Below are positions 57,727 to 64,000 of a DNA stretch of 64,000 nt, piece after piece; within the stretch, counting starts at the first letter, position 1, and each line of letters starts with the position of its first letter. The stretch spans positions 864,001-928,000 of the forward strand of contig OY782041.1 in assembly GCA_963677595.1 (NCBI GenBank). The letters run 5' to 3'. The translations under genes were made by a program, and so were the position numbers. Under the pieces are notes generated by a model. The model searched no databases. It was not told the origin of the DNA and saw only the letters and a list, made by a program, of their open reading frames with translations. This DNA comes from Spirochaetia bacterium (GTDB taxonomy: Bacteria; Spirochaetota; Spirochaetia; CAKZLE01).

Positions 57727-58035
57727 ATGTCAAACCATTACTCATTAGCAACAATCAATTCAGCACACACGCATACCTTCCAGAACGAGGCAGAGATCAG
57801 GAGAAGCTCCCAGGTCGTCTGCTGTTTCTGCGGGGCCCTCTATGACCCTCACAGGGAAGAGATGGACTGGTTCGAGGACAGGGATGCACGGACGTACGTC
57901 TGCAGCCGCTGCGGGATCGATGCAGTCCTCGGGGACGCTTCAGGCTTCCCCATAAAGGATCTCCAGTTCGTCCGTGCATGCTGTGCTGACTGGTTTGCCG
58001 GCAGAGAGATCAAGATCTTGAGAACAGATATGTGA
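57727..58035 (+). CDS. Small zinc-ribbon-like hypothetical protein
   Basis: CCFC...CSRCGIDAVLGDASG; AGGAGG RBS. Confidence 0.75.
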   Translation: MSNHYSLATINSAHTHTFQNEAEIRRSSQVVCCFCGALYDPHREEMDWFEDRDARTYVCSRCGIDAVLGDASGFPIKDLQFVRACCADWFAGREIKILRTDM

Positions 58036-58105
58036 TCTGCATGCAGCAGACTGCTTCTCACGATAGCCTCTTCCCATAGCACGGATGATTCATAGTACAC
58101 ATACG

Positions 58106-58180
58106 ATGTAATGATTTTTCACTTTTTCTCTCATATATAAGCATTTTTCAGTATTCTTCTGAAATATAAGCATTTTTCAG
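58106..58180. repeat. Three 17-bp direct repeats with a 29-bp period
   Basis: ATATAAGCATTTTTCAG exact at 58135 and 58164; a 13/17 copy at 58106. Confidence 0.75.
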
Positions 58181-58255
58181 ATAGAATAACCGTTATTCAG
58201 GTAGCCTCGGCCTAAGTCTTGTGGAGATGCTTCCCCCTATCGATAGACAGCTTGA

Positions 58256-58522
58256 GCAGAATTCCTCTATCAGTGTGTCCAGGATACCATCGAGCATGAC
58301 CTGCCTGAAGAAGCGGATCATCTCATCCACTATGATCGATTTCGAGTCACGATACAGAAGCAGATCGCGATGCCTGACAAGACGGTATATCTGCTCTACA
58401 GGTTCCTATCCCAGAACAAGGGAGTCCTCTCTAAGAGGGCACGGGAGAAAGAGTTCTCCCTGTTGACCGATGATGAGATCGATGGGATCGAGCGTCTGTA
58501 TATGGTCATATTCGGGGATTGA
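58256..58522 (+). pseudogene. C-terminal remnant of a Fic-family gene (not in the ORF track)
   Basis: Start-less frame AEFLYQCVQDTIEHDLPEE...YDRF...MPDK...FLSQNKGVLSKRAREKEF...LTDDEI resembles the C-terminus of long Fic proteins (recognised from memory). Confidence 0.65.
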
Positions 58523-58534
58523 ACCATGCGTAAG

Positions 58535-59422
58535 CTATGAGATCCTCCTGGTGATCCCTGTCCCGTTATGCTTCCTGAACGCAGTGGGACTGCTGCCGGT
58601 ATGTTTCTTGAAGACCACATTGAAATAAGAGATGTTCTGGAACCCGACCGCCAGGGCGATCTCGGTGACGTTCCCGTCAGTGGAGATCAACAGGTTCTTT
58701 GCCGCGAACACCCGTTTTGTCGTGATGAACTCCGTGATGTTCACCCCAAGCTTCTTCTTGAAATGCCTGCTGAGGTAGGAGGGGTTAATATTGAGGTGCT
58801 GGGCTATCCTGTTCAGGTTCATATCCTGGTCATAGTTGTTGTTGATGAAATGGATCGCCCGCTTCACCACCCGGGACTGCTCGATCTGGCTCACTTCACA
58901 GCTGTGTTCCTTCAGGACAGGGTTAGCGGTCCGGTACAGCGGGATGATCTCCTTCATGATGATACTGATGAGCGAAGCCTTGTAGAAATCATGCTTGAAG
59001 GTCTTCTCAACACACTCACGATAGAGCCGCTGCGCTGCCATGAAGATCAACTGTGAAGTCTCTGAGATGATGTCAACGATCGAGGTCTTCTTGATCTCAT
59101 CGAAGAAATGGAGGGCGATCTTCGAGTCATTCGCATCGAAGAACTGCCCGATACAGCTATCGACGAGCAGCAGGACACACGCATACTTCCCATGCTCGCA
59201 GTCACGGATCCTGAAGACCTCGTCTGCAGAGATGATGGCAATCTGGGACTCCTGCAGGATGGTCTGCATCGAGGAGGTCTCGAAGAGGCAGGTCCCGGTC
59301 ATGCAGAAGAGCATACCCGTCTGCCGGAAGGTGTTCCATTCAGCTTCCTTCTCCTTCAAGGAATCCTGGTAGAGACTGATCCGGTAGTGATCCTTATGAC
59401 TGAAGCACGTATTGATTGCCAT
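58535..59422 (-). CDS. AraC-family transcriptional regulator
   Basis: C-terminal INPSYLSRHFKK...EIALAVGFQNISYFNVVFKKHTGSSPTAFR. Confidence 0.92.
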   Translation of the reverse strand: MAINTCFSHKDHYRISLYQDSLKEKEAEWNTFRQTGMLFCMTGTCLFETSSMQTILQESQIAIISADEVFRIRDCEHGKYACVLLLVDSCIGQFFDANDSKIALHFFDEIKKTSIVDIISETSQLIFMAAQRLYRECVEKTFKHDFYKASLISIIMKEIIPLYRTANPVLKEHSCEVSQIEQSRVVKRAIHFINNNYDQDMNLNRIAQHLNINPSYLSRHFKKKLGVNITEFITTKRVFAAKNLLISTDGNVTEIALAVGFQNISYFNVVFKKHTGSSPTAFRKHNGTGITRRIS

Positions 59423-59437
59423 ACCGTTTTAACGATC

Positions 59438-60388
59438 TCACTCCCCTGCCCAGCAGAGGCTGGCAGAACCGCAGATCTCAAGATCATCCTTACTCAGGTA
59501 GGAGTAGGAGACCCCCTGGATCCCATTCAACGTCGCGATATACCCATTCTCATAGAGATAGTCATGGACCCGGTCGAAAAACCACCGGTTCTCGATCACC
59601 TTGCCCGTGAAGATGATATACTCAGGGTTCAGGATATTGATGAGATTGACCACCCCGATCCCCACAGCCCGCAGAGCCCTGTCTACGACCTTCCGAGCCA
59701 GGGGATCTCCCTGCTGAGCTTCTGAGAATATCTCATTCGATGAGAGCAGGCCCATCATCTCATAGGCCTTCAGGCGGGACTCGGGGTAGAGGGGAAGCGC
59801 CTTAACCACCTGCTTGACCAGGGCAGACTCACTGGCTATCCGTTCCAGGCAGCCCCGGTGCCCGCACTCACAGGGCTCCCCATTGTATTCGACACTCATA
59901 TGGCCGATCTCACCAGAAGCATTGTTGGCCCCGCTCACCGGCCTCCCCTCGCTGACGATACCCATCGAGATGCCGTTGTCGATATTGACGAGGATGAAGT
60001 TCTTCGTGATGCGGCCGATCCCGAAATAGTTCTCTGCATAGGTGGCGGCATGGATGTCATTGTCTATGAAGATGGGGATGGATACGCAGCCTTGCAGCAG
60101 CTCTACCAGCTTCACCGGGGTGGAGATCATGGCCAGGATCGAGTTCAGCCAGAGACCCTTCTCCCGGTGGATCTGGCCTGGAAGACTGATCCCGATCGCA
60201 GCGGGAGGTGCTCCTTCCCAGTCTGCCAGATACCCCGTGATCGATGCCTCCAGGGCGGAGACTGAATCCTGTTGATGCCGTATGGCGATAGGCTTGACCC
60301 GTTTGTTTCGGATCTGCCCTTTGGTATCGACCAGCCCCATGACGATCGTGTCGATATTGAAGTTAACTCCCAGATACAGTCTGTCCAT
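59438..60388 (-). CDS. ROK-family protein without HTH and with a degenerate ATP motif
   Basis: DNDIHAA, GEIGH, CECGHRGCLE; N-terminus GVNFNIDT instead of DxGGT. Confidence 0.85.
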   Translation of the reverse strand: MDRLYLGVNFNIDTIVMGLVDTKGQIRNKRVKPIAIRHQQDSVSALEASITGYLADWEGAPPAAIGISLPGQIHREKGLWLNSILAMISTPVKLVELLQGCVSIPIFIDNDIHAATYAENYFGIGRITKNFILVNIDNGISMGIVSEGRPVSGANNASGEIGHMSVEYNGEPCECGHRGCLERIASESALVKQVVKALPLYPESRLKAYEMMGLLSSNEIFSEAQQGDPLARKVVDRALRAVGIGVVNLINILNPEYIIFTGKVIENRWFFDRVHDYLYENGYIATLNGIQGVSYSYLSKDDLEICGSASLCWAGE

Positions 60389-60497
60389 GCATCACCCTTC
60401 TTGCCTGAAGATTTCGTTGTCCAGTATCAGTCAAAGCAGTGTATACTGCCTTGGCTGACACTGCAACAGATTTCCCCGCTACGTGTGAGCCCATGCC

Positions 60498-61637
60498 CTA
60501 TGCCAGGGGCTCCCCGGTCGGGTCGTAATGGGCTGCGAAGTCTATATCCTTCGCCCTGACATCATGACGCGGGGTCCCGACCTCCACCCCGAGCTTCAGT
60601 CCCATGAAATAGCCATACAGCCAGAAGGGGATGACGTACAGGAGGGGGGTCACATACTCATCAAGCCCTCCCGGCATCCGGATGATGTGTGAGGCGAGTT
60701 TCCCCAAGGGTTCACTCACCACATCGGTCAGGACGATGGTCGGGGTCTTTGCCTTCGCCGTACCGGAGAGGATGTCGAGGACCTTGGATGACGAGGTACC
60801 ATTCGGGGCTATGATGAACATTGGGGTCTTCTCGTCGACCTCCCTGAACCGTCCGTGTGCGAACTCCTCGGTCTCCTCGCCCTCACCAAGGATCCAGGCG
60901 AACTCGGTGATCTTCAGGGCTCCCTCTTCCATGATCCCCCGGTTCGGTCCTGTCCCGAGGACGAAGACATTCTGTGCCCCGATCTCATGCATGACGGCTG
61001 CCTTCTCCTCGATCTCCTCGGAGATCCCGGGCAGGGCTCCCAGAGCCCCGTACAGCAGTTCCAGCTGTCCCATCCAATATGCTTTGTCTTTCTTGTTATC
61101 GGGGTCAGTGACGTTCCCGATCTCTACTGCCAACAGGTACAATGCCAGAAGCAGCTGGCTGAACGAGGTCGTCCTCGCCCGTCCGACACTCTCGTTCCGG
61201 GAGTCGGTCTCTACTGCATAATGGGCAGCCATATGGCAGGGAAGGTCCCCTTCTCCGGAGATCGAGATGGTCAATGCCCCATGCTCACGGGCGAACTTCA
61301 GGGACTCCTCGACACTCTTCGTCGTCCCGAAGGCGGTGACACCGATGACCAGCTCCCGTTCCCCCTTCAGGATCTTTGGGTCCACGTAGTTGCGGAAGCA
61401 GAATGCCGGTATCGCCTTCGCGGAGATCTTCGCGATATGCTCGAACCAGGCCTCCCCGACATAGGCATCTGCAAGCGACGAGCCATGGCCGACGAGATAG
61501 ACGTGGTCTATCATGCCGAGGTTCACTTCCCTGATGATATCGGAGATCCCCCTTGCAGAGATCCTGCCCGACTTCTCCCAGGTCTCACGATCACTGAGTG
61601 ACATGATCCTCTGGTACAACTTCTCATTCCCATTCAT
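60498..61637 (-). CDS. SIS-domain protein (GlmS/FrlB/AgaS-like sugar-phosphate isomerase or deaminase)
   Basis: VGHGSS, GTTK, LGTGPN, EGALKITE, EEFAHG. Confidence 0.85.
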   Translation of the reverse strand: MNGNEKLYQRIMSLSDRETWEKSGRISARGISDIIREVNLGMIDHVYLVGHGSSLADAYVGEAWFEHIAKISAKAIPAFCFRNYVDPKILKGERELVIGVTAFGTTKSVEESLKFAREHGALTISISGEGDLPCHMAAHYAVETDSRNESVGRARTTSFSQLLLALYLLAVEIGNVTDPDNKKDKAYWMGQLELLYGALGALPGISEEIEEKAAVMHEIGAQNVFVLGTGPNRGIMEEGALKITEFAWILGEGEETEEFAHGRFREVDEKTPMFIIAPNGTSSSKVLDILSGTAKAKTPTIVLTDVVSEPLGKLASHIIRMPGGLDEYVTPLLYVIPFWLYGYFMGLKLGVEVGTPRHDVRAKDIDFAAHYDPTGEPLA

Positions 61638-62626
61638 ACTTCAAGCTCCTGATTGTATAGTGTTTCCCAACCGAGGCAGGCAGCCCCCAGGACCCCGACG
61701 AATCTGGATCCAAGGGCTGACACACGCAGCTCTTTGGGTTTCTTCTTGGTATTCTTCCTCACATATCGGCGGACGACAGCCTCGACCTTCGGCAGCAGCC
61801 ACCCGTCGCTGACGACTCCTCCCCCGAGGATGACCGCACCCGGGTCGAGGAGGTTGATGAGGTTCACGATCCCTACAGCCAACCCTTCTACAGCCTTGTT
61901 CACGACCAGGCGTGCAAGTTCATCACCGTCATCATAGGACATGAAGACGATGGGCATGCCGATCTTACCATCCCGTATATGCTTCCCCAGCGATGACTGG
62001 GGAAACTCAGAGATGCGCTTCAGGACCTGTGTCGAGATACCGTTCCCGGATGCTATCGGCTCCAGGCAACCGTAGAACCCGCAGGTACACCGCTCCCCGT
62101 TGGAGTCGACGAGGGTATGCCCGAACTCCCCGGAATAGTTCGACTCTCCCCGGACCAGTCTCCTGTCGCTGATGATGCCGACAGCGATTCCCGTACCGAT
62201 ATTCATATAGACGAAATCATCATAGGACTTGCCGACACCGAAATAGAGTTCGGCCAGTGCAGCACAGTGGATGTCGTTATCAATGGCCGCAGGGATCTTG
62301 AACTGCTCTTCAATGATTGCCTTCAGGGGTACCGAGGAGAGGGTCGGTATCATGGTATCACTCAGCCACATACCCTTCCGGTTGTCGATATGGCCCCTGA
62401 TCCCGACTCCGATCATGACGGGAGGATGCTCACAGTACGCATCAAGGAAGTGGGCTATACTGCTCATGATCGTATCCACTGCCGCCTCCGGGCTGGATTG
62501 GTCAGATACATAGAAATCAGTATGGAGCCGGTCTCCCCCCCGTGTGACACTGCTGATGCATATCTTCGTCCCCCCGACATCTACGCCAAGTACAAATTCT
62601 GTCTGTTCAGGATGTTTAGCAATCAC
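61634..62626 (-). CDS. ROK-family sugar kinase
   Basis: GVDVGGTKI, DNDIHCAALAE, IGTGIA, GEFGH, CTCGFYGCLE, LGGG. Confidence 0.88.
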   Translation of the reverse strand: MIAKHPEQTEFVLGVDVGGTKICISSVTRGGDRLHTDFYVSDQSSPEAAVDTIMSSIAHFLDAYCEHPPVMIGVGIRGHIDNRKGMWLSDTMIPTLSSVPLKAIIEEQFKIPAAIDNDIHCAALAELYFGVGKSYDDFVYMNIGTGIAVGIISDRRLVRGESNYSGEFGHTLVDSNGERCTCGFYGCLEPIASGNGISTQVLKRISEFPQSSLGKHIRDGKIGMPIVFMSYDDGDELARLVVNKAVEGLAVGIVNLINLLDPGAVILGGGVVSDGWLLPKVEAVVRRYVRKNTKKKPKELRVSALGSRFVGVLGAACLGWETLYNQELEV

Positions 62627-62891
62627 CAGTACGCTCCATATCTTTACAAAGGTTACTTAGTAGTAGCATGCAGCAGGAACTGCCCGCAAACACTATTTTT
62701 ACCAATAGTTTTGTTATTTTTACGTAGGGACTCTCAGGAACCTGCTACCATGGATCATATAAAAAGAGGACCCTTCCCGTACGCGGTATCGTGCAAGCTC
62801 ACACTACCCGGGAAGGGCCCAACATCCTGAAGTTGTATCATGAACCCTGAGCTTAGGGATGGTACGCTATGGGGTAGGAGAACGTTCGAAC

Positions 62892-63998
62892 CTATTCCTG
62901 CTTCAAGGCCATCGCCAACAAGAACCAGCTCGCATGGGGGATCCACTGCTCACCCCAGCGCCAATTGTCATCGACCCGTTCGTCAGGCTCAGAGACGAAC
63001 TCTATGCCATGCTCATCCTCGATGCCGCTGGTGATGCCGTTGACGATCCCTCCGGGGCAGTTGAGGAAGTCATACCGTCCCTTGAAGAAGTACTGGATGT
63101 TGTTCCTGCCGTAGCCCTCGATCATGGAACTGTCATAGGGGTTGAGCCCCATGATCCAGTCGAGGGGGTCCTGGGCCATCTTCTTACAGTCGGCAGAGAG
63201 CCTCTCATCATCCGTGACGGAAGCCACCAGCATCGCAGCTGAAGCCAGGGATGACAGCCGTGCGTTATCACCCTGCCACCAGGGTGCCGCGGCACTGGTA
63301 TGGGGGAAGAAGAACCGCCCGACGAGCTTCCCCTCCTCCAGGCACTCCAGTCTGGGATAGCCGAAGGGGTTCGTCACCGACTTGGTGAGGTGGATCTTCC
63401 ACCGCATCAGCTCTTCAGCAGTCCTGATCACCGTCTGGCGCCTCCTCTCGTCAGTCTCCAGCTCGACATAGCCGAGCAGGGCGACGATCGGCAGCCCCTC
63501 ATCCGAGGCATGGTAGAAGGGGATCCCGTCTGCAACCTCGAGCCTTCGCATACCGTCTGCCACTTCGACTGAGCGCCCAATGATCCGGCGAGCCATGGTC
63601 CTCGCTGAGACGAGGTACTCATACTCCTTCGTCGTCTTATAGAGCTCACTGGCCGCGGTCAGGGCACAGTATTCGTCGACCAGGTTCCACTCACCATCAT
63701 TGGTGTAGCGTTCATTATGGGCAAGCAGGTGATGCCATGCCTGTTTAGCGCACTGGAGGTACTCCTCCTGGGAGTAGTCGCTTGAGGGGAGCCAGTTTCT
63801 ACCGGCAGCTGCCAGGGCGGCTATCGCCATGCCTCCGCCGCTTCTGAGACTGGCCTCGTACCGCTCATCGGTAATGACCTCCTCATCGGCCTCTGCAGTC
63901 TTCGCCCATACCTTGTTGCTGCTCTTCCGGTACTCGAAGTCGATCATCCGCGAGCCCTGCACGGGTCCCAACGGGTTGATGCGCTTGATCGAGAGGAG
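62892..63998 (-). CDS. Glycoside hydrolase family 9 (exo-beta-glucosaminidase-like), C-terminal part; 5' end is outside the window
   Basis: GGGMAIAALA, FYHASDEGLP, NPFGY, FFPH, WWQGDNARL, WIMGLNPYD, GGIVNGIT, WRWGEQWIPH; frame is open to the window edge. Confidence 0.8.
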   Translation of the reverse strand, partial: LLSIKRINPLGPVQGSRMIDFEYRKSSNKVWAKTAEADEEVITDERYEASLRSGGGMAIAALAAAGRNWLPSSDYSQEEYLQCAKQAWHHLLAHNERYTNDGEWNLVDEYCALTAASELYKTTKEYEYLVSARTMARRIIGRSVEVADGMRRLEVADGIPFYHASDEGLPIVALLGYVELETDERRRQTVIRTAEELMRWKIHLTKSVTNPFGYPRLECLEEGKLVGRFFFPHTSAAAPWWQGDNARLSSLASAAMLVASVTDDERLSADCKKMAQDPLDWIMGLNPYDSSMIEGYGRNNIQYFFKGRYDFLNCPGGIVNGITSGIEDEHGIEFVSEPDERVDDNWRWGEQWIPHASWFLLAMALKQE

Positions 63999-64000
63999 GA

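Noticed and set aside
58106-58180. Repeat arrays here and at 1822-1879 and 50918-50984 as mini-CRISPRs
   Set aside because: Units and spacers are too short, there are only 2-3 copies, and no cas genes are present.
58221-58466. 81-aa ORF from the track
   Set aside because: The protein-like signal is in a different frame (Fic remnant at 58256-58522).

Overview
A 64-kb window of GC-rich bacterial chromosome. Gene style suggests a free-living anaerobic spirochaete (Sphaerochaeta/Spirochaetia-like), which is an inference. The housekeeping backbone includes an OppA C-terminus, the ilvN-ilvC-leuA-cimA-leuB-ilvD-ilvB operon, aroA-ltaE, an ABC importer, psuG-patB, AddAB, azlCD, HAD hydrolases, ettA, asnA, LacI-GH4 and a GH9/ROK/SIS/AraC sugar locus. 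It is interrupted by many small accessory cassettes: two AAA_14/DUF4143 ATPases, a reversed VapC-Phd pair, two RloAB/AbiL-like loci (one truncated), an orphan Phd, a complete IS1634-family element with a passenger ORF, an NYN RNase, a SWIM protein pair and a Fic remnant. Four observations stand out. (1) A permease-less, apparently cytoplasmic four-gene module (DUF1858-SBP fusion, Cys-rich HypB/UreG-like GTPase, DUF1858-like ABC ATPase, small Cys/His protein) has a GTAAC-N4-GTTAC palindrome centred exactly 41.5 nt upstream of a leaderless start. (2) An unusually long 83-aa Ile/Leu/Val leader peptide with rare codons precedes the ilv-leu operon. (3) An NYN nuclease has a two-hairpin, terminator-ended leader resembling type III toxin-antitoxin architecture. 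(4) Private operator arrays sit directly upstream of the -35 boxes of the accessory ATPases. No rRNA, tRNA or CRISPR array was seen. All family assignments come from motif recognition by eye, not from database searches.
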